Source: the human T2T-CHM13v2.0 reference genome, Homo sapiens. Taken from it: a DNA stretch of 64,000 nt. Position 1 is the stretch's first letter. Each line of letters starts with the position of its first letter. The notes beneath the pieces were generated by a model. It was not told where the DNA came from. It saw only the letters and a list, made by a program, of their open reading frames with translations, and did no database searches. Made by a program: the position numbers and the translations under genes. Where the stretch lies: assembly GCF_009914755.1 (NCBI RefSeq), contig NC_060942.1; one strand, written 5' to 3'. Shown piece by piece: positions 24,856-38,072 of the stretch.

Positions 24856-26365
24856 TGACACTTGTAATACTTCTTCCCAGCTGTGACCACCGGGGCTGGG
24901 TGTGCATGTCTGTCAAGTCCTTTCTTGCACACTCACACGTACATGTGGCTATGGTTGTGCTTGTTTTATAGAAATGGGATCTTGGTTCCTGGCCAGCACC
25001 CGGCCTCTCTGCACCTCATAGACACTGCAAATCCTTACTCAGTGACTTCAGGGATACAGGTGAGTGGATAAAGTCCCTGCCCTGAAGTAGCCATGAAGCG
25101 AGTGGGAGAGATACAGACTGAATTTTACATACAGCTACATGGAGAACACCGTGAGACTGGATGTGCACAGGATATGATAGGAACAGTGCGGGGGCATCTG
25201 GGGAGGTGGCAGTTATGCTGCCCGGGGTGTGGGGATCAACAACACAAAGTTCAAGAGAAGACGCCGGAGGGTGAGTGGCACAGAGCTCCTCTTCCCGTGA
25301 TGAGGAGAGACTACCTGTAGAGTCCATCTGGTCTGGCTGCTGCCGCAGGTTTGGACTAACCAAGGGCCTGGGACAGAGTGGGCTCTCCCTGGACTAAAAG
25401 CTAAACCTCACTGAAGGCATCTGCCTCATGATTGCTCATTCTAAGTGGGAGGGACTGTGGATCCATGGGGCCGCAGATGGAAGTGTGGCAGTGTCCGAGG
25501 CACAGTGCTCTGCCTGCTTTCCATGATACGGGCTCTTCCCAAGGGGTCTCCTTGGATGACAAATCTATGCACTTTCAAGAAGGCAACCCCTCTGGCAAAC
25601 TCATGCCTGCAAGAACATTGTGGTGCAGGTGGCCATCCACATGCTCCTCCTTGAGGACAGGCCCTATGCTCAGGCCCTGTGCTCAGAGCCACGAGCAGCA
25701 GGGCCCAGGAGAAGAGACTAAGGTTTTATGCAGGGCAGGTGAGGCCTGAGATGCTGAGGGTAGGGGAGTAAGAAATGGTGTGTGTCCATGTGTGAAACAG
25801 CCTGGCCGCCTGTCCCACACACGGGCAGAGTACAGTGAGGCTTGGCCCGGGAGAGGTGACACCTACTGTTCCAAGCATCCTCTTTCTCTCTACCACTGAC
25901 TCACAGAGTTTGAGGTTCAATTTCACCTCCCTCTGAGAGCCGCTTGTCTTCAAGTCCCAGTTCACAGCCACCCATCCCGGGAGCCCCACCCCTGTTCCGC
26001 ATGGTGCATTCCCTTCCACCAAAACCACAAACCTGTCTGCGTCACAAGGGCCAGGTGGAAGCATCTCGGCCATCCCCACAGGGCAGCAAGTGCTCTGGCC
26101 GTGGTGCACGGTGGACTGGATTGAGGCTCAAGCCCAGAACTGTAGGATACAGAGAAGGGCACAGCGGGCCGGGCCCCTCCTCGTAAGGGGCTTATAAATC
26201 ACTTAGGTAGACCAGGGTTCCCTGCACCAATAAAAGCAAGTGTGTGGACCTCTGCTTCCCAGAAGTCATGTAGTTCTTCCCATCCCTCCTAAGTTCAACA
26301 AAAACCCTGGATGTTACATACAAAACAACAAATATAAGATGACGCAGGAGAGAAGTCGCACTAGC

Positions 26366-26700
26366 TGGGGCCTCAGGACCGGAGAAGCAACATGGCAGCA
26401 GCTCCTTGGGTTTTCTTTTAGCCTTGTCATCCCAGACTTGGAGCTGAAGGCACCAGCAACCTGGATGCACCAACAGGCATAGACCAAAAAGCCCCATCAA
26501 AAGTCTGCTCTGTCTGTACAAAGATCAGAAAGAGGCAGCCTAAAAGGACGGAACACGTGTGGACAATAACTACCCCACCTGCTGCACCCCACACACAGAG
26601 CCTGGACCCTCACCTCCTCAAGGCTAGAATGGGTGCCCAACAGCCCCTGGCTCTGGTGCCAGAGAGACTAAGCAGGGAGTGAGGACCTGGCCTTTGTATT
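26366..26700 (+). mobile_element. Old L1M 5'-region fragment
   Basis: gggcctcagg...tccttgggttttctttt..atcccagacttggagctgaag..aaaagccccatcaaaagtctgctc resembles remembered L1MD-type 5' consensus. Confidence 0.5.
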
Positions 26701-27090
26701 TTGTCCATGGGCCCCACAGTCTTGAGTGGGCCTCTCCTCCCTCAAAACACTTAGGGGCCATCCTAACAGCCCCTCCTCCTGGCCAAGTCCCAACTACTGC
26801 AAATCCCTCCCCTGCACTCCAAACCCTCCAACCTGTGAGGGGCGTTGCCTCTGTGATGTGCTCTCCATGTGTCTAAAAGGCTCCAGCTTTTAACTTTCAT
26901 GGTTGGGTGTTTCCACCGGGTCCACACTGCTCTTCACGTCACAACTGAATGTCATGCCCATAGTAAGAGGATGAAACTGGGGGGTCCTGGGCCTTCAAGG
27001 ACTTGAGCAGAGGGGAGCCTTGTTTACCCACCTAACAATAATGTAAAATATAATCCTAGCCAACCTCAAATTAAACCTTTTGAAGATATG

Positions 27091-28150
27091 TAATGGGGGA
27101 ACCTGCCCCCAATATTTCAACGTAGGTTCTATTTTCCATAAATGTCAGCCAGCTGAGCAAGAGAAAGAGTACAAAGAGAGGAATTTTACAGCTGGGCCAC
27201 CAGGGATGACATCACCTATCGGTAGGTCCGTGATGCCCACCTGAGCCTCAAACCAGCAGGTTTTTTATTAAGGGTGTCAAAACGGGAGGGGGTGTAAAAC
27301 AGGGAGTGGGTACAAAGATCACATGCTTCAAAAGGCAAAAAGCAGACGTACTAATAACGGTCTAACAAAGATCACATGCTTCTGAGGGAACAGGACAAAA
27401 GGAAAAAGCGGAACCACTGATAAGCATCCAACAAACACAAGGCAAAGGGCAAAAGCAGAACCACTGATAAGGGTCTATGTTCAGCAGTGCACATATTGTC
27501 TTGATAAACATCTTCAACAACAGAAAACAGGGTTCGAGAGCAGAGAACCGGTCTGACCACAAATTTACCAGGGCAGAGTTTCTCCCCACCCTAGTAAGCC
27601 TGAAGGTTCTGCAGGAGACCAGGGCGTATCTCAGTCCTTATCTCAATCACATAAGACAGACATTCCCAGAGTGGCCATTTATAGACCTCCCCTAGGAATG
27701 CATTCCTTTCCCAGGGTATTAATATTAATATTCCTTGCTAAGAAAAGAATTTAGTGATCTCTCTCCTACTTCCATGTCCATTTATAGGCTCTCTGCAAGA
27801 AGAAAAATATGGCTCTTTTTGCCTGACCCTGCAGACAGACCTTATGGTTGTCTTCCCTTGTTCCCTAAAAATCACTGTTATTCTGTTCTTTTTCAAGGTG
27901 CACTGATTTCATATTGTTCAAACACATGTTTTACAATTTGTACAGTTAACAAAATTATCACAGTGGTCCTGAGGTGACGTATATCCTCAGCTTACGAAGA
28001 TAACAGGATTAAGAGATTAAAGACAGGCATAAGAAATTATAAAAGTATTATTTGGGAACTGATAAATGTCCATGAAATCTTCACAATTTATGTTCCTCTG
28101 CTGTGGCTCCAGCCAGTCCCTCCATTCAGGGTCCCTGACTTCCCGCAATG
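27091..28150 (-). mobile_element. MER11 (HERV-K11/HML-8) solo LTR, full length
   Basis: The minus strand begins attgcgggaagtcagggaccctgaatggagggactggctggagcc..., like MER11A/B, and has the internal gacccttatcagtggttctgctttt repeats. The 6-bp TSD GATATG is at 27085-27090 and 28151-28156. Confidence 0.92.
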
Positions 28151-28257
28151 GATATGTCTTTGCCTCTAAAATTTTAGTAAAGGTTTGTTTTGAAAAAACA
28201 TGGTGTTGAACTGTTAACCTCCAGGAAGTTGCCAGAAAACATAATTTATCATTTCCA

Positions 28258-28546
28258 CTGGGTGCGCTGGCTCACACCTGTAATCCCAGCACTTTGGAAG
28301 GCCAAGGTGGGTGGATCACCTGAGGTCAGGAGTTCAAAACCAGCCTGACCAACATGGTGAAACCCTGTCTCTATTAAAAATACAAAAATTAGCTGGGCGT
28401 TGTGGCATCCACCTGTAATCCCAGCTAGTAGGGAGACTGAGGCAGCAGAATCGCTTCCAGACAGCGGAGGCTGCAGTGAGCTGAGATCGTGCCATTGCAC
28501 TCCAGCCTGGGCAAGAAGAGCAAAACTCCATCTCAAAAAAAAAAAT
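28258..28546 (+). mobile_element. Alu (AluS-type) with TSD ttatcatttcc
   Basis: Full dimer with an A tail and flanking direct repeat. Confidence 0.93.
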
Positions 28547-29630
28547 TATCATTTCCGCTTATTTCCTAACATAGCTACCACTTTGTCACCATTTGGACCT
28601 GTAAACAAATGTGACTGTTCCCTTGTATTTTTCCTTCTGAGATGAAGGCAGTCATGTCAGCGGCACACAGCCTCAGCTCATGGACACCGTATGGTCAGGT
28701 CGGCACCAACACAGCACACCACCCCAATCATGAGTGTGTTCCTCCTCTCTGCCGCACCCCAAGCAGAACAAAGGCCCAGATGCAGGGCTGCAAGTGTCTC
28801 TCTCAGCAGCCCCACTGCATTCTGCTAAGCAGGCGACACAGTCTGGGGCACGTGTGCCATGGCAGACACTGCTGGTGTGACCCTCGGTCATGGGGGCATC
28901 AGGACGCCTTGTCTCAGTGGAAAATCTCCACCTCCCTTAGAATTTAAAGGCGTCAAGTTCATTGAAAGCGATCAGTTACAGCCTCCTCCATGGTCAGATC
29001 TAGTTGCCCCAAACACAACAGCTCCGTGGCAGCTTTTTTACAGCAGCATTTTCAAGTTTCTGGTAAATGTCCTCTGTAGAGAGCGTCAGACAAGCAGGGG
29101 AGGTACGTGCCCCTTTCATCCTGTCCTGGCTCCTTACATCCTCAGAGCACGAGACAGTCCACAGGGTCCTCACTCCCCATGTCCACCTTCCCGGGGAACT
29201 TCAGGGGAGTGCATAGCCCTCCCTGCAGACCAGGAAGGTCTGGTCCTCCCCCGACCATAAGGGGGCTGTTCTCACAGAAGTCCCTTCAGGGCCCCTTCTC
29301 CACACCACAGCCACCTCTTTTGGGGCCCCACAACTGCAAACACTTGAGGATCCAACAAACCAGAGCCCCCTTTGATCTCAGTCGTGCTGGCCAGACCCTA
29401 ACATCCCATGCTGACCCCTCTGGCCTTGGCCCTGTGCTCCAAGGGAGTTTCAGCGCATCTAAAGGTGCAGGGCTCCGTGTGTCACCGTATGGAATAATTA
29501 CCACTTTTCAGGGCAAGACAATGGCCAATCAAAACAGTGACAGTTCACAATTACAAGTGACACCCATTGGGCCTCACAGGTCACATCCCTGCTGTGGGTC
29601 CTCTGTTGTGGTTCCTGCCTGAGAGCATCA

Positions 29631-29829
29631 TGTTGCGTGTGGACGTGTGTGCAGGATAACACGTGGGCAGTGTTGTGTGTGGACCTGTGTGCCGGATAAC
29701 ACATGGGCAGTGTTGCGTGTGGACGTGTTGCAGGATAACACATGGGCAGTGTTGTGTGTGGACCCGTGTGCAGGATAACACATGGGCAGTGTTGCGTGTG
29801 GATGTGTGTGCAGGATAACACATGGGCAG
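29631..29829. repeat. Minisatellite, 5 x ~40 bp
   Basis: Unit tgttg(c/t)gtgtggac(g/c)tgtgtgcaggataacacatgggcag. Confidence 0.95.
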
Positions 29830-31025
29830 TGCTGAGGACAGGGCACGGCTCTTCATGCAGCAGCTCACTCAGGGCAGCAAGCTTGGAGCAGGTACTCCTG
29901 GGGACAGGGACACAGGCTCAGGGATTCAGGGCCCCGGAATGGCCTGGACAGGGAAGGTCTTTTGTGTAACCCCCATGACAGGCAAGGCAGCAGCAACGCT
30001 CCACCATGTTTCCAGACAGACTTGGGGTCCTGGGAGGAGGCGCTGCAGAGGGTGGAGCTGGGGCCATGAGATGTACCCAGGCCTGTCCTCTCTTCCTCCC
30101 CCAGCGTCTCTGATGCTCTGAGCCACGTAGGGAGGACGACCATGGGAACATGGCCTAAGATGAACGCCCAGGGGATTTCTGAGCAGCAGGGAGTGTATCC
30201 CCTCATGGTGCAGCACCTCTCAGCAGCAGGCACACAGACCACCCTGTACAAAGGCAGGTTCTGAACCCCTGGGCCTGGGGTGCAGCTCAAGGACACTCAG
30301 GTGAGGTTGATGCCATGGGTTCATAAACTAATTCTGAATGACAGGAGGTTGATGAGCTAAGTAATGTCTACCACTGTCAAATGGCTGTGTAAGCTGAAAG
30401 ATGAACACGTTCATAGGCAGGGGGCAAAAGAGCCAGTGGCTCCGTGGAGGAAACGGGCCGACACCCCACTTGGAGGAGGGCCAGCAAGTGCATGCGACTC
30501 TGGTTCTTCCTGAACTCTTGAAGAGATGGGCCGGCCGTGGTCTGCACCCTGAACCCCCTCCCCAGCATCCAAGGGCCCAGGGTGCGTTTGGTGCCAACCA
30601 CCCCGCCTGCTTCCAGTGAGCTGCAGCTCAGGTGAGAGAACACACAACCTCAGCCTGTCTGCAGTGGGAGGTGCAGGAAGTACTGCCCGCATGCAGCTGC
30701 GGTGGTATGGGGACGAGGTGACTGAATTTCAGACAACAATCCGTTTCTCCATCTCTTTAAATATGAACCCTTGCATATGGACTTCATTAGTGAAAAATTC
30801 CAAACTTTCTTAGAAATAAAATTTGTTTTAAAGAATACCCCATTTCTAAAATTCCAACTTTGATTTCTAAAATACCTTTTTACAAGAAAAAAATTGTCAC
30901 TGCTTCTTTTTCAAGCAATATGTTAAATCTGGTATTTTCCACAAAGTAAACAATTCAAGGAGTCACATTTTTTAGGCAACTGTCTAACCACCCTCTCTCC
31001 CCATATCCTGTTTTCAGTCAAATTA

Positions 31026-31027
<2 letters not shown>

Positions 31028-31068
<41 letters not shown>

Positions 31069-31231
31069 ATATGTATAAACTTTTTTTTTTTTGGAGACAG
31101 TCTCGCTCTGTCACCCAGGCTGGAGTGCAATGGCACAATCTCGGCTCACTACAGCCTCCACCTCCCAGCAATTCTCATGCTTCAGCCTCCTGAGTAGCTG
31201 GGATTACAGATGTGAACCACCACACCCAGCC
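31028..31231 (-). repeat. (TG)n microsatellite followed by an Alu right-arm fragment
   Basis: ~17 TG units at ~31030-31064, then poly-T and ggagacagtctcgctctgtcacccaggctgg. Confidence 0.85.
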
Positions 31232-33852
31232 GTCAAATTAAATTATATTTTCTTCTTCCATTTCTATTTTGAAGTATCCGTAACAAGAGGGGAAATTGAA
31301 GTCTGGTCCTATGAAGCTCTCACGGTTACAAGTTTTCAAACTAAAGATTTTCTAAGAAATATTTTCTTACAAATAACCCCTTCTGTTACATAAGGGCTTG
31401 ACCTGATTTATTAAAACTATCCTGACTCTCTGGCGAGGAAGGGTGGGAACTGCTGAAGGTGCCTCTTCCAAAGGTTTCCAGGGTCCTTCTCTCGGATGGA
31501 GCCTGTCCAACTGCACTCTGGGGAAGGGAGAGAAACAGGAAGGCGTCGCCTTCACGCTCCGGTCACTCAGGAAGGTGGCTGTGCATGCCTGAGAGCTTGC
31601 ACCGGGGTGGAGGTAGCCACGGTCCCGAGACACGCCCTCTGCCCACACCTCCCTACCAGCCTGGCCAGACGCCTGGGGTGCCCAGTCGTCTTCATGGTGG
31701 CAGCTGCAGAAGTAATGACAACTCATGGGCATTTGGAGAACGCACCAGGCCCACGCTCAACATTGCATTTGATTCCTGCGAGCGCTCAACAAGGGAAGCA
31801 CCAGACAGATGCTGAAATTTAGGCATGGCAGCACTGCTTTGCCTCCCTTGGCAGCACAGGGCTGCAGAAGGACTCAGAATTGCGGGGAACCCTCTGCCTC
31901 AAGGCGCTCCACCAGGACACAGACACCCCCTCAGCGGCCCCTCTGCTTTTTCTTCAGAATCTGATACATCTGGCCTGGACGGGAGATGGTGCCCTCGGGC
32001 GCCAGAGTGTGGGGTCCTCTTCACAGCCACTCCCACCCCAATTCCTGATCTTCCGAGTTTCCTGGCTCACAGTGTTCCTTGTTCTCAAACCGCTCGCTTC
32101 ACTGCTTCCGATTCAACTTCATTACCTAAAGTGAGAGATACAGCTTCTTTCTTTCCCTCTCAGGATCAATGACTCGGTTTTAGGTCACCATGGAGAGGGG
32201 ATTCAGAGCTCACGCATCCGCCACACTTGATTTCAGGAGATGAGTGGCTGCGAGTCACCCTGCTGTGAGCCGCCATGGTCCCCTGGTGAATTGCCCAGGC
32301 CAAACGCCATGGCCTCACCTGCTCACGGGCAAAGCAGCTGCCAGCTTAAATGGTAAGAAATTAGTAAAGGAAGGAAGGAAGGAGGGAAGAAGCCGGAAGG
32401 GAGAGCACGTCTCCGTCCCTCGATGACGGCATCAGGACACACCACGTCGGAGACTTCAGCTGCCAGATGAGCACGGCCTATTAGGGCCTCGTCCGGTCCC
32501 CGCTTATCCAAGGGTGGTTAAGACCAAATTCCTTCCCCATAATTAAACAGCATGTAGACACATACAAAAATACCGCAGAAGAACTACACCACTGGGTCAA
32601 AACACATGCCAGAACAATATTTCATTTTAAAAGACAACATAAATGTCAACATTTAAAAAGCCTGCCACATAAGGTGAAAAACAAAACCTGTTGTGTACTG
32701 ACTAGTCTCAGAACTCCTTGGCAGTTTTATCTTTTCCAGAAAACTCTGTCTTCAAACCCCAAGACCTGTCTCCTTGTGGCATCCTCCACAGGCTTGGTCT
32801 ACAGCATGCATCCTCAGGGGATTCTTCCAGGCTTACCTGGCCACGATCCCCAGCACAGAACAGCTCAAGATCACCGTCTACCCCCATCTGCCAGAGCAAA
32901 TCTATTTTCCACCAAGAGCAGGACTGTCGGCTGTCAGTCACCAAGGACACCCAGGTTGATAGTTGGAGGCGACCAGCACATTCTGATGAAGTAGGTGATG
33001 GTGCCTGCCCCAGGACCTGTGTGCACTGCAACAGGCAGCCTGCAGGGCGTGTGCCAGAGGCCAGGGCCTGAGCAACAGACACAGCGCTGCCCAGTGGGCC
33101 CTGCACCCTTGCAGTGAGGGGCAGCCTCAACCAACGAAAACACCACACACTAAGTCCTAGTTTCCATCTAAGAAGTGTTTTCTGGAACTTTAAGCAACAT
33201 TTTATTTCCACAGATGTGGGGAAAAGGGAACCCTATGGTGCATAATTATTAACTTACTTTAGGGTCCTGTTTCTGGACTCAGTGGACTCAAGTGTAGCCA
33301 GGTCCAATCTGTGCACTTGCCTCTGGAATGTTCTGCCAACACCCTTTCCCCAGTTTTGCTGGGGAAGGCTGCAGGCAAGGAGAGGAGGCTATTCCTGGCC
33401 CTGACCCAGGAGGAGAGACGGGAAAGGAATGAGCAGACTTGAGCTTAAATTTTCATTGGAAGTATTTAAGAAACACCTCATGTTGGTCCTGGTTCTCTAT
33501 TATTTCTCTCTATTAAAAATACCACCCCAAGTAATCTGTACTCACTATAGAAAAACTGGAAGTAAAAGTAATAATTAAAAAAATCCCTGAAGCCATAACT
33601 CACTCTTCTATTACTATAGTCAGCATTTGCTGTGCCTCGTCCAACAAGCTGGGGTCGCCTCAGGAAAGAAGACTCTACCGTGCCCACTGCCCTCCCTCCA
33701 AGTCCTCCTCCTGTGGCGTCCCTCGTCGGGTAGTGCTGCCTTTTGGGAAGTCACTCTGGGTGGGGGTCTCCACCCTCCTGGGAAGTCTCCGGAACAGAAA
33801 GCAGGAGACACCGGCGCATCCAGGCCCCATCCCTCCCCGAATTCACGGGCAG

Positions 33853-33866
33853 CCAGCAGGGGGCGC
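33853..33866 (+). promoter_or_regulatory. Consensus CTCF binding motif
   Basis: CCAGCAGGGGGCGC is a full match to the CCASYAGRKGGCRS core, inside a small CpG-enriched patch. Confidence 0.7.
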
Positions 33867-33934
33867 CACAGCAGCGCAGCAACAGGCACCCGGTTGCCGG
33901 CATCACCGGCCCACGCTCGTTCCCTGTGCATTTT

Positions 33935-35385
33935 GTTTAAAATTTTTGAGAGAAAATTTACATAACATAAAATTAACCATTTTAAAGTGTACAACTCAGT
34001 AGCTTTAGCGTGTTCACAATAGAGTGGAACCATTACCGCTAATTACAGCACATTTCCATCACCCTAAAAGAAAAAGTCCGTTTCTCCCAATGCCTTCCTC
34101 TCCTCAGCCCCACACCCATTAATCTACTTTCTGTCTCTGTGGATTTTCCTGCCCTGGACACTTCATATAAATGGAATCTTACAACACGTGGCCTGTGTCT
34201 GGCTTTCTTTCACTTAGCATCATGTGTTCAAGGTCATCCACATTGTATAAGGAGTTCAGTATTCCATTGTGTTGATATACCACATTTATTCATCCATTAA
34301 TTTAATTTGGGTTGTTTCTAGTTTCGGGCTATTGTGAATAATGCTGTTGTGAACACTTATGTACATCTGATACGTGTTATATCAAATGTTCATTTGAAAA
34401 GGGGGAAGAACGATAGCGTGTTTCTCTTTTGGTTTGGATGTTCAGTCTGGGCTTTCCAGAGACGCAGAACCAAGTTTTTGTGTGGACACGTTTTCCCTTC
34501 TGCTGGATATACACCTAGGGGTGGAATTACTGCTCATATGTCTAACTGTTTGAGGAACTGCCAGACTGTTTTCTACAGCGGTTGAAACATTTTCTATTCC
34601 CCCCAGCAGTTCTGAGGGTTACGATTTCTCCACATTCTTGACAATACTTGTTTCTGTCTGTCATTATCAGCCATCACAGTGGGTGTGAAGCGGTGTCTCA
34701 CTGTGGTTTGCATTTCCCTGATGACTGGTGATGCTAAGCATCTTTTCATGTGCTTATTGGCCACTTGAATATCTTTTTTGGAGAGATGTCTATTCAGATC
34801 CTTTGCCCATTTTCAACTGGGTTGGGTTGTATGTCTTTTTTTTTTTTTTTTTGAGACAGAGTTTCAGTCTGTTGCCCGAGCTGGAATGCAGTGAGGTGAT
34901 CTCAGCTCACTGCAACCTCTGCCTCCCAGGCTCAGGCCATTTCTGAGGCTGAGTGCCTCAACCTCCCAAGTAGTTGGAATTACAGGTGCCCACTACCGTG
35001 CCTGGCTAATTTTTGCATTTTTAGCAGAGACGGTTTTGCCAGGTTGGCCAGGCTGGTCTTGAACTCCTGACCTCAAGTGATCTGCCTGCCTCGTTCTCCC
35101 AAAGTGCTGGGATTACAGACATGCACCACCATGCCCAGCTGGGTTGTCTTTTCTATTGACGTGAGTATTCTTTACATATTCCGAATAAGAGTCTCTTCTA
35201 AGAAACATGACTTACAAATGCTTTTGTCCATTTTGTGAGGGGTTCTGTTTTCTCAATAGCGTCCATTGACGTACAGCAGGTTTTAATTTTGATGAAGTCC
35301 AATTTATCTAATTTTTCTTTTTTGCTTGTGCTTTTGTTGTTATATTTAAGAAATCATTGCCTAATGCGAAGTCACATCCCTGTGC
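33935..35385 (-). mobile_element. Old L1M(B/E) 3' region, interrupted by an Alu
   Basis: ataacataaaattaaccattttaaagtgtacaactcagt..., catttccctgatgactggtgatgctaagcatcttttcatgtgcttattggcc. Confidence 0.85.
34836..35140 (-). mobile_element. Alu (AluS-type) nested in L1
   Basis: Poly-T plus dimer. Confidence 0.9.
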
Positions 35386-35641
35386 CATTCTAAGTAAAGT
35401 AGCAAATAACATTATCTGTTGCTCTGGTAAAAACAAGCACACAAAAAACCAGAAACATAAATGTCACCATATGCTTGGACCCAGGCTTATGAGAACATTT
35501 CCATCGGCCTTGGAGAAGTGAGCCCTGAATATCAGGCATTATTAGTTGTCTGGAACCAGCATGATGTAAAAATGAACAAACCAACTACCCAATGTAGAAA
35601 GTCCTTATTAAGAAATTAAGTACCACCATGTTCAGCCACTA

Positions 35642-36089
<448 letters not shown>

Positions 36090-36844
36090 GGGGGCAAACC
36101 CTGGGGAGACCCCACCTGGGAAGGGGAAGAAGGCAAACACTGATGCTTTTTTCTGTTAAATGAATTTCTTCAAACAATGGCTCTTTCCTAAAAACCCCTC
36201 AAAGTAAAAATAAAGCGAACCCAGACACACTTTTCTCTGCCAAAAGGAAATGGTGTCTCAGCTGGAGGTGGCTCTGGAGCTGCTCCCCAGCAAGTTTGCT
36301 CAGCCTCCTTCAAAGCGCATGGCTACTGCCTCACAGAAGCCACTGAGTTATTAGTCCTGGGGCAGTTTCCAGGTCACAACAGGTCACTAATGCCCGAATT
36401 GCCTTGGCTTTGTGGCTTCAGGATACAGGGAAAGGCATTCAGTCTGTAGAGTTAGGGAAGCTTTGCCCTATCCCAGAGCCACCGCCCACTGCCTGGACCA
36501 GTGCTGAGCCCAGTGTTGACATCTATAAAATGGGATGTACCACCCTCACTCCACAGGGCTCCTGTAAAACCCCAAGGCTGTGCCTAGAGCCCTCACCTTT
36601 TGTGCTGCAGCAAGTTCACAGCCAAGCCTGTTCTTTCCAGGCCCTGTATCCTCTCCAGGTCCACGAACCAAGGGCTGACGTGGAGGCTGAACTCCCACCT
36701 CCTCAGGAAAGTCCCAGAGGCTCCATAAAACCTTCCCACCTATTTCCTCCTTGGTCTTCCCAGACCTTGAGGCCAATGACGACTTCCTTTGACAGAGAGG
36801 GGAACTGAGGCTGGAGGCCGCTAGGTGACAGCAGGGTGATCGAC

Positions 36845-36923
36845 AACTCCTGGGCTCAAGCAATCCTCTCACCTCAGCCTCCCAAAGTGCTGGGATTACA
36901 GGCATGAACCACCGCACCTGCCC
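36845..36923 (-). mobile_element. Alu left-arm/FLAM fragment
   Basis: aactcctgggctcaagcaatcctctcacctcagcctcccaaagtgctgggattacaggcatgaaccacc. Confidence 0.8.
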
Positions 36924-37128
36924 ACAAGTGCTTTTAATCACGTTTTCCACTATGTCCACCTGGAAGAACTCAGTGCACTGAGAAAAGACTCATGGATGCA
37001 GCCCACATTTAGTTCACACTCAGGGGTAACAGCATTATCCAGGAGCTCCGACTCCAGCACTGGGTGATGCAGGAGGATAACCTCCCAAAACCCATGCCCC
37101 TTTGCCAAAGTAAAAAATGTTCATTGTA

Positions 37129-37422
37129 GGCTGGGTGCGGTGGCTCACGCCTGTAATCCCAGCACTTTGGGAGGCCGAGGCGGGCGGATCACGAGGTCAG
37201 GAGATCGAGACCATCCTGGCTAACACGGTGAAACCCCGTCTCTACTAAAAATACAAAAAATTAGCCGGGCTTGGTGGCGGGCGCCTGTAGTCCCAGCTAC
37301 TCGAGAGGCTGAGGCAGGAGAATGGCGTGAACCCGGGAGGCGGAGAGTGAGCCGAGATTGTACCACTGCACTCCAGCCTGGGCGACAGAGCCAGACTCCA
37401 TCTCAAAAAATAAAAAAAAAAA
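37129..37422 (+). mobile_element. AluY, young and CpG-rich
   Basis: gatcacgaggtcaggagatcgagaccatcctggctaacacggtg and gaatggcgtgaacccgggagg are AluY diagnostics. TSD aaaaaatgt(t/c)cattgta. Confidence 0.95.
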
Positions 37423-37696
37423 TGTCCATTGTAAAAAAACATGATCTCTCATGCATTTGTCTGTTCATTCCTAACCAATGCTCAGGGAGAGCACCCAACA
37501 GAGGCCAGGCTGGGATCAGAAGACTAAACAGACTGGAGAAAATGGATTAAACAAAGCAGAAAGAAAATGCCCCATAATCCTTCTTCCTAACAGTCTAGTA
37601 CACACTTCCCCAGACTATTTAGTGCAACTAACACATGCTAGATGGGAAACACATAACACTTTAATAATTGTTTTGCTGCAGAAGTGTGAACATAAT

Positions 37697-38072
37697 GTGT
37701 GTCTTAGCTCCAGCGGCCATAACAAAATACCACAGATGGTGCAGCTTAAACTATGCACATTTATTTCTAACAGTTCTGGAGGCTGGAAAGTCCCATATCA
37801 AGGTCCGGCTTGTAACAGTTTCTGGGGAGGGCTCTCTTCCCGGCTTACAGACAGCTGCCTTCTTCCTGTATCCCCACGTGGCAGGGAGACCGAGATCTCT
37901 GGTGCCTCCTCCTCTGCTTACGACACAGTCTGATTAGGTCAGGGCTTCGTCCTTACGATCTTATTTAACCTTCATCACCCCCTAAAGACACTGTCTCCAG
38001 ATACAGTCAGACTGAGGGCTAGGACTTCGACATCAGAACCTGGGGTGACGTATCGATTCAGTGCACTACGCA
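37697..38072 (-). mobile_element. MLT1A-type MaLR solo LTR
   Basis: tgtcttagctccagcggccataacaaaataccacaga...ttatttctaacagttctggaggctggaaagtcccatatcaagg. Confidence 0.85.

Noticed and set aside
27091-28150. Full HERV-K11 provirus
   Set aside because: The TSD directly flanks a single LTR. There is no PBS or gag/pol/env sequence.
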